Below the pieces are notes generated by a model. It did no database searches, had not been told where the DNA came from, and saw nothing but the letters and a program-made list of their open reading frames with translations. Below are positions 36,871 to 51,564 of a stretch of DNA of 64,000 bases, piece after piece; the stretch's first letter is position 1, and the number at the start of each line of letters is the position of its first letter. Source of the DNA: Squalus acanthias (taxonomy: Eukaryota); NCBI GenBank assembly GCA_030390025.1, contig CM059429.1:123070001-123134000 (forward strand), given 5' to 3'. The translations under genes were made by a program, and so were the position numbers.

Positions 36871-38991
36871 GGTGTGGAGAAATGAAATAAAACGTCACAT
36901 TGGTGCAGCAGGGGTTGGGGCTCCTCTTCTGAGGTTGGGATAAAAATTAAACCTCGTCGTAATGCTATTTTCCTATTGCTCCCAGACCATGCGTGGTACA
37001 AATAGGAATGAGAGTGCTTTTCACTTATTTTAGTTTCAAGACAGCTGTTGATCTGGAGCACATCTGGTATTTTGTACCTGTGACACAATCTGTCTGCATA
37101 TTAGTCATTTATTTGAAGAACAAATACTTTAAAATTAATTTATATTGATTTTTCACTTTGCTTTCATGGAGTTTAATAAAGTTTCCAAAACTGGTTACCA
37201 CCAATCTCTCTTTCTCTCCCCAACAATCCAATGATGTTGTTAGACTATAAACTTGTTCCAATGAATACGTTTGGCAGTGCAGCTGGAATTTTTTTTTTAA
37301 TGTCCTGCATGCCAGCTAGTGATACAAGCTGCTGTAATGGCTCTCAAACACTTTCACTGTGAAACAGAAACACACAGCGACACCAGTCGAGCAGATATGA
37401 CAGGAAGGTGATCTGCTGCACAGCTATCTGAAGGAAACCTTGCAAGCTGTAATCCAAACACCAGGCTACTCTGTATGGTGATAGCATTACTGTACTGGAA
37501 AAAAATATATGGGCACTGTAACACATTGAAATCCTGACCCAAGGTCCTTCACCAAGGGGAAACACCGCAGTTCCAATTTTGGCACAGTCCAAACCTCCAA
37601 AAGACCCACTGAAATCCAATTCTCCTGACAATGCAGGGGTAACAGTACACTGTAGCTCTGTGACCCTGAGGTCATACTGCCTAATATTTATCAGTCAAGC
37701 CATCAGTCAAGGATTTTGTCTCTTTTAAATGAAACTTCAACACTCCACACTGATAGCCATTGACAGAATTCAAGTCGAGTTCACTGAACATTTTAATCCT
37801 GGAAGTCTACAGCCCATATTCTGATTGACTCCGCCGGCCGAATATCTTCACACAAGTCCGATTGCTATTTAAACAGCAATTGCAGAAAATGCTCGAGCGT
37901 TTCCTGAAATTGAACTCTACAGCTTTATGAAAATCCGGGATATTTACAATATTCAGGTGTGAAGAGTTCTAAACAGTTTCGGACTGATGGAAAATACAGA
38001 AAGCTGCTACTTTTTTTTTTTAAAGTTGATCTATCAAAGCTCAACAGTTACGGATTTCAGCACGTATTGATAGAGGAAAGGTTAATTATATTAAAAATAC
38101 TTTAAAAAAAAAAAACCGAATGCTAACAGACATCCAAAAGATCACAACAGATCAACTAATTGGGCCAGTCTATCAACAGGATACGTCAGGCAAGGTTAAA
38201 GCAATGCCCATTTAACACACGTACCTGCATCATGCACAGGCTAGGCTTATAAATGAAAAATTGCCATTTGGGTGATGTAGCAAAGGCTGCTTGGAACCAG
38301 CAAAAATGTATTTCAGCAAGGAGTCAACTTCTTCAGGAGATGGTAGAAAATTGGCAAAAAAAAATATGCATGTTTAAATTGGATTCATATTCAGCTTACA
38401 GCACACTCAGTAAAGTTACTGCTGTGTGACAAAAAAACACTGACCTCTGAAATAAATAGTATAATAGGCAGATTTTTTTTTGTTTTCCCTTTAAAAAAAC
38501 AACAGGACCCAATTTCTTTATGGGAATAAAGTCCTTTGGATATACCTCACACTCAGGAAAGCCCATCAAAACCTTAACGTGTTTCGAAGTAGAATTGCAG
38601 AACCCAGATCCATGCCAGCCAGCGCTCCGAAAGCTTGTGATTTCAAATAAAGCTGTTGGACTATAACCTGGTGTTGTGCGACTTCTCACTTTTGTCCACC
38701 CCAGTCCAACACCGGCATCTCCGCATCATGACCCATAGCTAGGTTTTATAGCATTGATGCAAGACTCCTACAGCACCCTTCAAATATGCAACAGTGAAGG
38801 ATTGCATTTATTTTGTCTTTCATGAGCAGCAGTGCCAAGGATCACATTATTTTACCGATGGCACAAGAGAACCATTACAGGCATTGGGGACTTGAAGCAA
38901 TTAAATGAGTTGATGTTTTCCATCCATCCAGTCTGTATTTTCAGCAGGCCATGCTTCAAAAAAAATATATAAACCACGTAGCAAATAATAA

Positions 38992-39760
38992 CACATGCCC
39001 TTATACCTCCCCTCTTCCCACTGTCCAGGGCCCCAAACACCCCTTCCAGGTGAAACAGCGATTTACTTGTACTTCCTGCAATTTAGTATACTGTATTCGC
39101 TGCTCACGATGTGGTCTCCTCTACATTGGGGAGACCAAACGCAGATTGGGTGACCGCTTTGCGGAACACCTCCGTTCAGTCCGTAAGGGGGACCCCGAGC
39201 TCCCTGGTCGCCTGTCACTTTAATTCACCGCTTCACTCCCACTCTGACCTCACCATCCTCAGCCTATTACACTGTTCCACGGAAGCGCAGTGTAAGCTCG
39301 AGGAACAGCACCTCATCTTTCGTTTAGGCACGCTACAGCCCTCTGGACTCAATATCGAGTTCAACAATTTTAGATCATAACCTTAGCCCCAATCACATTT
39401 ATATTTTATTTTTTCATCCACCCTTTTATTTGCCCCCCCCCCCCCCCGCTTTTTTTTCCCCCCTCCTGGAAGCTGGCAGCTGTCCTTCATTCTGCCAGTG
39501 GATTTCACACTTCTATCAGCCTTAACCTGTCACATTAACACCACCTCTTGCCTTGAATATCTCTAAATGTCTCTTAATCTCTCCTTTTGTTCTTTCATCC
39601 CCTCCCCCTTTTCCCAGCTTTATCCTTGCCTTAAATCTATTTGATTTCCGGCTGTTTCCAGTTCTGATGAAAGGTCTCGACCTGAAACGTTAATTCTGTT
39701 TCTCTCTCCACGGATGCTGCCTCGCCTGCTGAGTTTTTCCAGCGTTTTCTGTTGTTATTA
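38992..39760 (+). mobile_element. Penelope-like element 3' part (GIY-YIG endonuclease with frameshift, plus tail)
   Basis: FTCTSCNLVYCIRCSRCGLLYIGETKRRLGDRFAEH..VACHFN..HSH..LGTLQPSGLN; tail with hammerhead core. Confidence 0.9.
39660..39696 (+). ncRNA. minimal hammerhead ribozyme in Penelope tail
   Basis: AGTT-CTGATGA-A-AGGTC(tc)GACCT-GAAA-CG-TT-AATT. Confidence 0.65.
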
Positions 39761-42222
39761 GCAAATAATAAGTCTGTTTTTCGTGCATTTGGCCCTGGTT
39801 TCATTCAGTTTTCTTGGCCACACAGTATGGTAAGCAGCGTTTTCCTCCCAACATTCTTCCAGAACGCAAGACCTGTTAGCGCTTCAGTTTGAAATGTCTC
39901 CATCATTTTGAAATGGTACTTCCCACCTGTTCATTACGTGGGCTCTGATCAACGATAGACTCAAAAGGTTGTTTGCTCACCTCTTAACACAAACCCTCGC
40001 CAATGAATGAGTATATGGTAACTGATAATTCATTTCTCAACTACTCCCTGTTACAGTTACACTATATTTTCCCTTCACTATCATCTAGCACCACATCAGG
40101 AGACAAGACTGCCCAGACAAGGAAACTACTGGGAATGAAAATATGCAACACAATCAGCTTTTCAGGGAAATAAATATAAAGCAACTAGATAGCAAGCAAT
40201 ATCGCCAGGATATGTCATATCAGCTTCAATTTTGATTATTTTACATGAAAATGTATCTGGAAAATAAAAACAAAAATGACCAATTCAAAAACATCTCCAC
40301 TGAACCAAATAGAAGGTCCTTTACAATTCCAACTCTCAAATAGAAATACATAGAAGTTGCAACATGGAAGCAGGCTATTCTACCCAACCAGTCCTGGTCA
40401 GCAGAAAATAGTTCGAATCACATTTACCCACCTTGTTCCCATATCCTTTCAATGCCTTTTCCCTCATCCATCTATCCAATCTGATCTTGAATGATGGCAT
40501 AGTTTCTGCTTCAACCACTAACCCTGGAAGTGAATTCCCTCGTCCTTGACCCCTCAGCTACCAGAAACAGTCTGTTTCTCGCTAACCTGTCATTTCATTT
40601 TTAATGCAGGTGGTCAGTAAAATGAGAGAGAGAGAGATCTGGGTAGAAAAAAAAAGATGGAGAAAGAAGCTTTGAAGAGGAAAAAGTAAATATATGTGGG
40701 CTGACTCCATCTCTAAGCCCTGCCCCCTACACAGGTTTCCTGTCCATCTGCTGTTCCTGTTTGGCAAAGACTGACAAAACTAAATGGGGTTCTACTTGGC
40801 CTGACTTGCTATGTTAATTTGTATTCTGGTAACTTCACCATATTTACCCCTGTTAGAAGAAACAGTAATCCCACCAGCCTGCTCTTCACCAGCAAAGAGG
40901 TACAGGTCAACAATGAAACTAAACCATTCACTGTTGTTACATGCGAGAGCTTCTACACAGCAAAATCGTCTGGCTATGTGAAGACTATGAGCTTTTAATA
41001 CCTTTATCATACAGTTCTCTGAAGATCGCAGTTAAACATAACTTGTCTAGCTTGACTAATCTGTAGTACAAACATACACGTTTTCGCTGGAGTTCTAACA
41101 TGGGGAACTCACAGAGTGCAGCACACTCTTCACGATACAGTATTTGGAAGCTATCCGAAAATGTTATCGTTATGAGTGAATTATAAATTATTTGTATGGA
41201 TTCTCGATTAGTAAAAGCACAGTATGTGTTGTATCAGAGATTGTGGTACATGAGATGGTAGGGTTGTTCTACAACAAATTTTCCTTGTAGACGGAACAGG
41301 AGGATGGGAAGTTTGGTGTCATAAACATTAATAAACTTAGTTATGAATTAAATAAGGCAAGAGCAATTATATCCAACTCCTCCCCCATCAGCACTTTGCT
41401 TCTATGTGACTATTCACTGGTCAGGATGCCAGCATCCAATTGCTTCTACTATTAAACCGTGACTCTCTCTTCCCTTCCCCTTCCTCAAAAATGAGAAACA
41501 AACTTCATTATCTTGTGAAATGGTTAAGGTCCTGAATTATTCTACTATGCATTTATGTTAATCGACCACTCTGTAAATATACTTGAGGACTGTTGTATGA
41601 CTATAAAGAAAAGAATATCTTTACAATATCAATTGGACATGAATGCATTTCGCACACAAGAATAACACTTATTTTGGCCACAAGTAGATTAAATATGGAT
41701 GACTACCCTGAATTACTCAACATAACAATGGTCATCGCAAACACATTTCACAAAGAACAATTTAAATAAAAAAAGCACACTATTATTAAGTAGGTGTTTT
41801 GTAAATAAAGTTACGAGAGAAAACAGAAAATCTAGCTGAGGTTAAATACTGGCAGACAGGTTCAAAAAATGAATTCCATGAAAAAGCAGGGCATAATTCT
41901 GAGAACCTATTACTACAGACAATTTACTTCAGAAAAAAAATAAAACCAGAATGGTAAATGATTACCAAAAGCAATCATGTCATCACTGAAAGATGGAATA
42001 AAAAAAATCTTTTTTTGTGAAGTGGCTGAATGAGAGCAACTTAAAAGCCACCAAGCCTGTCAGAGGCACATTATTTCTTTTACACCCCGTCTCCCAATTC
42101 ATCTCAGCTCCGCTGACTAACCCCAGCTCCCAGCAGGTGGAGCATTTAAAATAAATAGCATTTCCCACAAAACGCTCTCACTGCCCTATGACAGACGCTT
42201 CCGATTCCTGGCCAGTCACTGT

Positions 42223-42394
42223 NNNNNNNNNNNNNNNNNNNNNNNNNNNNNNNNNNNNNNNNNNNNNNNNNNNNNNNNNNNNNNNNNNNNNNNNNNNNNN
42301 NNNNNNNNNNNNNNNNNNNNNNNNNNNNNNNNNNNNNNNNNNNNNNNNNNNNNNNNNNNNNNNNNNNNNNNNNNNNNNNNNNNNNNNNNNNNNN
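42223..42394. other. assembly gap (172 N)
   Basis: run of N. Confidence 1.
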
Positions 42395-45300
42395 AATGTT
42401 CTTTGTGCTAGCATAATTGCAGAGAATGAATAATTGATTTGACAATTGTACCAGTGGATTTCAAACAGTTATGTGCACTCTAAGAGCAGGAAGGGAGGAG
42501 AATTGGAATACTCTAAGCAGTGAAGAGGTAGGAGAGCAGCCTGTAAATTGAACATTATGAAGATGCACATAAAAAGACATTTTTTATCTCGGCAATGCAA
42601 CTGAGTATAGCATACCAGCAATAATTCCAAACTAAATAGGGAAAACAGATTGTAAATTTTATATTATATATGGTTGAGGGATAATTGAACAAAAATGATA
42701 ATTAAATAATAACTGCTTAAAACCAAAATGTTAAGCAAAGCAGACAGAATTCTTCTCATAGGAACAAGGACCTTTAATTGAGAGTACATACCACACCAAC
42801 ATGAATTATATAATGTTCACTCCCTCTTCCCCCACCCGCCCCACCCTCCAACTCACCTTCAATTGGATTGAATAGGATCATCCGATTTACCTTAAGGCTG
42901 CAAATAAATGGCACTCTAGGCTGGACTACAAGTGCAAGGCTTTTAGCGGCAACATAGCACAGTGCTTATTCTGCCCAAATTTGTGCTTTGTTGCTCCAAG
43001 ACACTCCATCCAGTGATCCAATTTAAACCCATCTAAAAGTTGCTTGCTAAAAGTTACAGTACTATATTCATTAATACATATTATAAATATTTTGTTTTTT
43101 TGAGAGAAAAGAATAGTCAGGGTAGCACAACATAATTAGTTCCTCCCCTTTCAAGTCACCTCTGACCATGAATCACCTGCAGCCACCGTCTCAGGCTGAA
43201 CCAGCCTGCTCGCAACCTTGGCATCCTGTATGACCCTAAGCTGAGTTTCAGTCCATATTTACTCCACCAGAAAGAACACTTACTGCCACCTCTGCAAAAT
43301 TGCCTGCCTCCACCCCTAGCTCAGCCAGACTTCTCAGTCACCATCCCATGATGGATATGTCCTGTTCCACTTGCAAGATACACCAACCACAGGTGTCTGT
43401 AGTGGTACACAGTCTCAGGGGCGTGGGAAGGTGGCCCTGAGAGTCCTCCTACCTACTGCCCCTGGGATCACTACCTACTACCCCGCCCCCCTCTCAAATG
43501 AAGATTCCGTGCTCCATCATGCTGAACACCACTTGAAGGAAGCACAGAGATAATCATGGGAAAAGAACGTACTCCGTGTAAGGGATTACAACGTCCACCA
43601 ACAAGAGTAACACCAAGTTTTAAGTTAAATATGGCCTATTATTGTGATCTGATACTCAACAGTCTGAAATATCAAATATGTGCAATTCAGGAAGCAGAAT
43701 GAAAATGCTGAAAACAAATGGAAGTGACCTCAATTTTTTTTAAAAAAATGTATCAATTGTCGGCTGCTGTTGTCTGGACTTTAAAACTGGCAATTCCTGT
43801 TGGGAAAGTCTTGCTAAGCAAAATTCTGCAGACCTTGACATATTTTCAATGCAAAGCTTGAAGGTTTCAAAATTAACAAATTGCACATAATGTCACTTGG
43901 CTCCAGAGAACCCCATAACCCAGTGTCCTCACTGGTAGGGTGGTCCAAGCAGCTTTGGCAGAGGCGGAGGAGAAAAAGCAGGAAGAAGAAATAACTAAGG
44001 GTGATGTGCAGCCAGGGAGACTATACTGCATTAATCATTAATGACAGGACTTTCACTGAACTCTGTGAAAGCGCTATTGCATGAACAGTCCTCTGGTCTT
44101 GAGTTGTAAGGGGACATTGATAAGATAAAGGAAATGGCAGACAAAATTCAATGTCAACAATTGTAAGATAGTTTTAGCTGGTTCAATTCTAGCAGTAATT
44201 CTGTGCACACTTGGGGTCCCCTAAGCCATGGCCTTGGATCCCTGGACTTGGAGAACTGACGATTGCCCCTACGGGGAGAGTGACTACTCTTTATTGGGCA
44301 AACAGAAATTCTACAGCTGTAGGTTTGTCAGTAACCTGGTTCAGAGGCTCTTCAGCGTGTCAAACAATGTGTCTGACAAAAAAAAACTGCTGTGAAACTA
44401 AAGGGAGATGTTACCAAGTATAAGGAATGCTAACTACTGACCCTTAGATAAATCCCAGATAATCAGGTTTAAAAAAAAATCTATTTGTTGCTTAAATAAC
44501 ATTGTTGACAAGAGTTTCTGAAGAGCTCTATAGCCACCGCCCGCTGCCCCCACCTCCCTCATTTCAGCGTAGCAGACATACTGGGCTCACATAGGTCAAA
44601 GGTAACCCTTTAACAGTTCTTCAGTATCTGCCTCTTATGCCCCAACACACAAAATATTTTGTCCACAATCAGTATGTAGACTCTTTCTACTCTGCAGGGC
44701 AGTGCGTGGCTTTAAATCATTATCTTCCCCACTTGCACAGTTGATGTCAAACTCGCCAGGTACGGAACTGCGAATTGTTTCAAACTCATGTCCTGGAAGT
44801 AAATGGGCAACGTTCCCATCCAGTCCTCCAACTGTGTCATTTTTATATCGAAAGACAAGAATTCAACTTCAGATTTTTCCAGTAAACCCTAAAGTTCTCA
44901 ATGCAAACACGTTTATCAATTATTACAGTTACATTTTACAAACTGCCGGCAGAAACACCCCAAAATGACGGTGTGTCGGTCGGTCTCCTTTATAGAATTT
45001 GGGCCAGTAAAATGCTCTGGGGAAAAAAAAACCTCACTTCTCACCCCCCCCACCCCCACAAGACAACTCTATTCAAACCGAGAAGGCAGAATGCTCTGTT
45101 GGAGAATTGTCAATGTTGCGCCATACTGTGGGATTAAATAGGTTTTTTGAACAATATTCCTGTCCAGTGAGACGGAACATTTACACTACCTTAAGGTGTT
45201 CCCTTTAGCAGGTGGGCCAGGATTCAGCAAGTCTTGCCCATTGGGAAAGATGCATCAACCCTTCCCCGCCCCCCCCCCCAAAAAAATGCCTTCCTTAAAA

Positions 45301-47513
45301 AAACAGAATTAACAAGTACCAATTAGCCAAAACAAAACATGTACAACCGAAGAAATTAAATGTACTAATTTGATCTTTTCAAATGCACCTTCCATAGTAT
45401 TTACAGTACAGAGACAGGCCATTCGGCCCAATAAGTCCATGCTGGTGTTTATGCTTCACACCATAAGTCGGCCCACATTAGTTCCTGAAATGTAATTCAA
45501 TAGAAATTTGAACAAAGGACATACTTTTCTAGCAGGGTCAGCGCAGTAACGAGCCACTCGACACAGCAACAGTGACGCACTATTTACAAGACACTTTTCT
45601 GAACTTTTATGGCATTTCAACTTTTCTCGTCGACACATTTTTCCAACAGAGGAATGAAGATGATAAATAAAATGTAGGTGAAGAACTGTAGTGAGAAGTG
45701 GTTAGCCATGCTAATAAAAAAGGCCACCTATCCTCCATGTACTGACCTCGGACAAACCGCTTTCAGAGTAATTTTACTGCTACTCTGGATTTAACTTTAC
45801 TAACTGGTAGCAATTCAGCACATCTTTTCGTACCAGCAGTTATCTAAAATGCTGCAATAATGACATCAAGAGTAGAATGGTGCGAGATTGGTTTTCTATT
45901 GTGCTGCTCAACTGGCATAATGCCCACTTTGAAAGCAATTCACTGCTCATCACTGAAATCCTGGCAGATACGACACTAAATGCCTCAACAGCTTTGCAAG
46001 AGGACCACACCATCCATGAACCAAAGCAGATAAGGGTGCTAAATTTGTCTGGAGGAGAGAAGAAAATTGCAAATAAAAGTTCTATTGCAAAGACTTCCCA
46101 GTAGATATTCTGAACATGTTTGAAGAAGATTTCATCCTTATAATGACACGAAAAATGACCACCTATGTCTATGGTTTAGACCAACAATTTAAATCCCACT
46201 GAACTCACTCTAATCATTTGTCAATCAAACTAAACTGAATAAATGTTCAGAAAGATAAGGGCTTTGTAACTCACCTGTCTATTTTTTCACTACTATTACT
46301 GACATATTAATACATAGGTTTTAAGGGAAAAAAAAACTTTTCGTTTGCCTTTACTAGTTTGATGGCATTTACCCAATACCACTTTATTCACAATACAAAA
46401 TAAATTATTCAGTTATGACTACAATGATTCACCCTTGTCAAACTTTGGCCATTTTAAAACCTCAGACTCTGCATTACATGTCAGTCAAGCCAGAACAGTG
46501 CTGAGTTGTAAAGGTTCTGTAGGACTATAGATACCTTTTACATGTCTCTCAACGTGAGAAATGTAATGCTGCCCGTATTTATACACGTGCGCATACACAG
46601 CCATCAGAACAGTTTTAAGTTTTGGCCACTTTCATTTCACAGTTCCACTTTTGGGAAATTGGTGAGAGTGGCAAGAAAAAAAAAATCAGATCAAATTTTC
46701 TTTAAATAGGAGGGAGAACTGCACACACTGCAGCTCACCATTATAATGCCTGTGTGTGCCTGTAATCAATACGGATAACAGCTGTAATATCGGACCTACA
46801 GGCATGGAATTTTGCCAAGTGTTAGATGAATACAAATAAAACTCAAAGTCCTAATGTTAAAAAAAACTGCTTAGCAAATAGTCAAAATAAAATTAGTCAG
46901 GATCAAAACGATATTCAGCCCATTATGAGACCAGCTGTTGTAAACTCAAATGGGGAGGTTTTGTGACATCATGAGATTACCAACGAGGAAAAGCCCATTT
47001 GCTTTAATGTGGCTATAATCTTAGCAACAGGAAAATAACCAATTACGACATCAGTTCTCAGTTAATAACTGGTACTCAGAGTTACTTATTGTAGATGATA
47101 ATCTACTAAATTACCAGGAATTTTAAAATCTGCTAGTTCTATTCACCTCACAAAATTCAATAAGGTGTCGAAAGCAATATCTAATTAGACTTAAATCCTT
47201 TCATATAATAGAATTTAAAATTATTGGAAGAAAATAATCAACTTCCTTCTCCAAGTATAGGAAAAGATATTTGCTGTAACAATATATTTGTCAAAAGAAC
47301 TAGGTTATCAAACAAGTTCAACTGGAGATTATGACTAAACCTTTCAATAAAAACCTGCTCTGTAACTAACCGTAAACTCTCACACCAAATTTATCCAGGT
47401 AATTAGCCACGATTAAGGACATTTCTCTTTCCTTTAGAAATAATCTTTGGAACATTTATTTTGCATTCACTCAAGGTACATTTGGTGCACTTGGTTTCTT
47501 TACAGACCCATCT

Positions 47514-48130
47514 GGGGTAATTTTAAACCCAAGGACGTATGGGCTTAGGGGCAGGTGGGAAGTTAAAACATTTTTAAATCTTAAACCTGACCCCAATCCA
47601 CCCACTTCCAGTTTTAATGGAGGCGGGCGACCAATCCGCTCTCACGAGGCGGGTCGGTCAGTAAAAGCTTTTAAGGAGGCAGGCTGTGAGCCGCCATTTT
47701 ATCAGGTTTTTAATTTTAACCCATGAAGGCCGGGTTTCCCGGGGCTCAGGAAGCCCGACAGGTAAAAGGAGGCAGGAAGGGCCGGATCCATGAGGTAAGT
47801 GCATTTACAGCACTGCCTGTGGGCCAGGAGGAGCAGGAGTGTTTCTTTCAGGCCCAACAAGTTTACCTCTTTCCAGACCCGATCGTACCCCGCGACCCCA
47901 GACTCTGCCCATCGCCACAATCTCAGTCTTTGCCTACCCTTCTGCAAACTCAGAGTGCTCACCCCGCACCCCCTCCTCTCCGTCTTGCCCCCCCCCGCCC
48001 GACTCCCACCCCACTCCACTCCTATTTAACCTCGCATGCGCTCTTAACCTGCTTTCCCGCTCGACAGGCAGCCAGCCCGTCAATCAGGCTGGCTGTCGCG
48101 TGGGAAATCTGCTTAAAATTTTTAAAAAGA
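47514..48130. mobile_element. GC-rich interspersed repeat related to the MITE group
   Basis: starts GGGGTAATTTT; CpG-rich body with an AGGTAAGT motif like the other MITEs; right end unclear. Confidence 0.5.
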
Positions 48131-48144
48131 CATTCTGCTGTTAA

Positions 48145-48495
48145 TTTCAGGGCCATTTGAGCTGAAGGCATGGCCATCAATGGTGGGGCGAAGCCAGGTC
48201 GGTGATGTAGAAGAAGCCAGATTTAGAGGAATGCAGAGTTCTCGGAGGTTTTTAGGGCTGGAGAAAGTTATTGAGATGGGGAGGGTCGAGGTCATGGAGG
48301 GATTTGAACACAAGGATGAGAATTTTAAAATTGAGGTGTTGCTGGACTGGGAGCCAATGTAGGTCAGTGAACATGGGGTGACGGGTGAACGGGACTTGGT
48401 GCGAGTTAGGATACAGGCAGCAGAGTGGGTGCGCTCTCAAGTTTATGGAGGGTGGAAGATGGGAGGCCGGCCAGGAGAGTATTGGAATAGTCAAT
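48145..48495 (-). mobile_element. L2 LINE fragment
   Basis: FTDLHWLPVQQHLNFKILILVFKSLH; similar to 28420-28760. Confidence 0.85.
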
Positions 48496-49504
48496 TACTC
48501 CGATTAGGTGCCAAATTTCAAATGTATAGATGCAACTAATTTAAAATTTAAAAAAAACAGGTGACATTCATATTCAACTTCTAATATATTGATTTTTTTT
48601 TAATATTACACTGATTTTTTTTTTCCTTCTATTCTGCAGCACCTCTGGAATTTGTGATTTGTTTTCCAACTCATTAAAAAGCTAGAAATCAGAAAATGTA
48701 CAGAATTTATAACTTGAAAGCATCCAACTGAATGCTTCAATAAAACTGCCCTCCCATTTACATCCTGTTGTGCATGTTACATAGAATAAAATTCACAGAG
48801 CAGTGTGTTTCTAGAAACTTGAGCAATTCAAGTAATGTTTTCAACAACGCAAAGTTTGTCATCACAACCCTTGCTATGCGTTAAAGCTTTCCCTGTAAAT
48901 TCTACATTCCTGTGCCAGAACATGCAGACCACTCTGCAGTTCTGTAACTCCTATCAGACACCCATTAGCTCATCTGTAAATGTCCAGCCTCTCCATCATT
49001 CTTCAACTCATACGGGTTGCCAATCGTTGAAAGAAAACTTCCAATGTTCTCTTCCTAGATAGTCTCCGTCGCATCTCAACACCGGAAGGACACAGACCTG
49101 ATTCCCGGTCTCCCCTGATGTTCCTCCACAGCTGATCCCATTCGCGGTAGAGGAGTAGTTTACAAGATAATTACAAATGAGGAAGGCCACTCAGCCCATC
49201 TTAACTCATCCACTCAGAGGCATCCTACAATTCACCCATTGCAGCATCCAACGGTTTCTTAAATTATTCCAGTATTTTTGCCTCACTGCTCTATTTGGGA
49301 GTTCGTCCCATGTGTTGATCAGTCTGTGTGAAGAAGAATTTCCTGATATTAGTCCAAAATTTACCTTTTTACTAGTTTGAACTTGTATCCCTTCACTTCT
49401 GCAATTTACTTTAAAAGTAATATTCGAGTCCCTTGCGCCCCCCGACCTCTTCGTCATCTGCATGTTGCCCCTTGGCAAAATCATCCAAAGACATCGGGTC
49501 AGGT

Positions 49505-50100
49505 TTCAGGCAGGTGTATGCTAATGACACCCAGCTCTACCTCTCCACCACCTCGCAAACCTTTCGTTGCCTCTTTGTTGTTAGATTGCTCGTCTGACAT
49601 CTTGTCCTGGATGAAACGTAATTTCCTCCAGTTAAACATTGGGAAAAACGAAGTCATCGTATTTGACCTCCACCACAAACTCAGTAATCTTACCATTGAT
49701 TCCATCCCCATACCCAGCCACTGTCTTAGGTTGAACCACACTGATTGTAACCTTGTTGTTCCATTTGACCCTGAGCTGAGTATTCAACTCCATATCCTCT
49801 TCATCACAAAGACCGCCTAACTTCCACCTCTAACATCGCCCGTCTCTGCCCCGCCACACTACAGCCCATCTGCTACTGAAACCCTCATCCATACCACTGT
49901 CACATCCAACCTCAACTATTCCAATGCTCTCCTGGCCAGCCTCCCATTTTCTACCCTCTATAACATTAACTCATCCAAAATGCTACCCATATCCTATTGT
50001 ACACCATGCCCCCTCACCCATTACCCCTGTGCCCGCTGACCTAGATTAGCCACTGGTCCCCCAATGCCTCAAGTTTAAAATCATCCTTGTTTTCAAATTT
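49505..50100 (+). mobile_element. L2 LINE RT fragment
   Basis: YANDTQLY, CSSDILSWMKRNFLQLNIGKNEVIVF, LNYSNALLASL. Confidence 0.85.
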
Positions 50101-51564
50101 CTAGGCAGCGTTACATATTTTTGGGATTGGCCAAAACAAAAGCATGGTCTGTAATCATGTAAACATACAAAAATCATAAACAACTCTATATTTGGTTTTA
50201 GTTTAACTTTTCTTCATTCCTGCAGATGCTTTCTTAAAAAAGAGTTTCATTCATGTCAGTAATTAAATGATGACTCCAGTTATTCTACATTATAATGGCA
50301 GAGTTATGGTCTCATGATGTGCTGATGCAATCCAAATGTTCCTAAATTTACTTAGAGATGAAAAGGAATTTCTTTTAACTGGCTTCAGCTCGTGGGTTAG
50401 GGAGGGGAAAAATCAGTTTGGCTTCCCACTGCTGATCACTATCGAGAGACCCTTGCTGCAAGTCCACAAGTGTGAATGCTGGGCTGAGGACTGGGCTCAG
50501 CTGTGATGCCCCGATGATAGATTAGCTGACTGGCCTGCACGGTCAAGGTTATTGCAAGAATACTGGCCACCTAGCTGGGGTACCAGAGGACGCAGGGCAT
50601 CCATGGAACTATAACTCAGCAAGGAGTCAATGCCTTCAGATAAATAGGGGTGAAAGGTGGCAAGAAGAAAAAAAAAAAATCTGCCAATACACGTGAATCA
50701 GATCAGCCACGATCTTATTGAATGGCGGGGCAGGCTCGAGGGGCCGAATGGCCTACTCCTGCTCCTATTTCTTATGTTCTTATCCAAAAAATAAAGTATT
50801 TTAGTGGATGTTTACTGTGAAATCCGACTGCCACCACACCAGGCCCATAGTTAGGTTACTCAGGATATTTGACTCCCTCCCTCCAAGTGCACTTTATTTT
50901 TTGTGCATTTCATTATTTTCCTGCAAGATGCCTCTGCTCTGTGAATTAAAGACCTAGATTTGCAAAGTCAGTGTAACTTTTCAGATAATGAAACCAATCC
51001 TTTATTAACAAGTAATTGCAGGAAATGGAATCATACCCCACCCCAGAAAAAAAGAGAGTCAATGGTGAAAGGTATCACTTTTTAAAATCTTTAAAAATCT
51101 GCCACATCTCTACATCTTCAATAAAAAAAAATCCAGAAGAGTCCTTTGTAAATAAAAATTCTAATTCATGATTATAGAGTAGTGTGACAACACCAATATT
51201 TATAATTTTACTGTCAGCTGGCTAATGCCATTTCAGAAATCCTTCAAGCGGAAAGTAATAGGAATTTGTCTGCATCATGCAAGAGTGTGACACTGGGCGT
51301 TCAACAGTACTGAACCTGCTCAGGTTCCATTTCAAACATAACACACAATAAAAAAAAACTCAGGAAAAAAGCCCATAAAAGGATCCAGATTTCTGTGAGA
51401 GAGAGCTGGTTTTGTGTAAACAACAGGACAATTTTGAAACAAAATAGGTCCATGTAGACTGGGTGAATAAATGCTGATAATATGTATATTATATATTTTT
51501 AAAAGTTCCTCAAATACAATAGTTTACCCAGATAGCACAAGCACTACTTTAGCATTTTCTGATA

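Noticed and set aside
42146-42445. ORFs spanning X residues
   Set aside because: Artefacts of the N gap.
47702-48160. Cluster of 100-145 aa ORFs
   Set aside because: They lie within a GC-rich interspersed repeat and show no recognisable domain.
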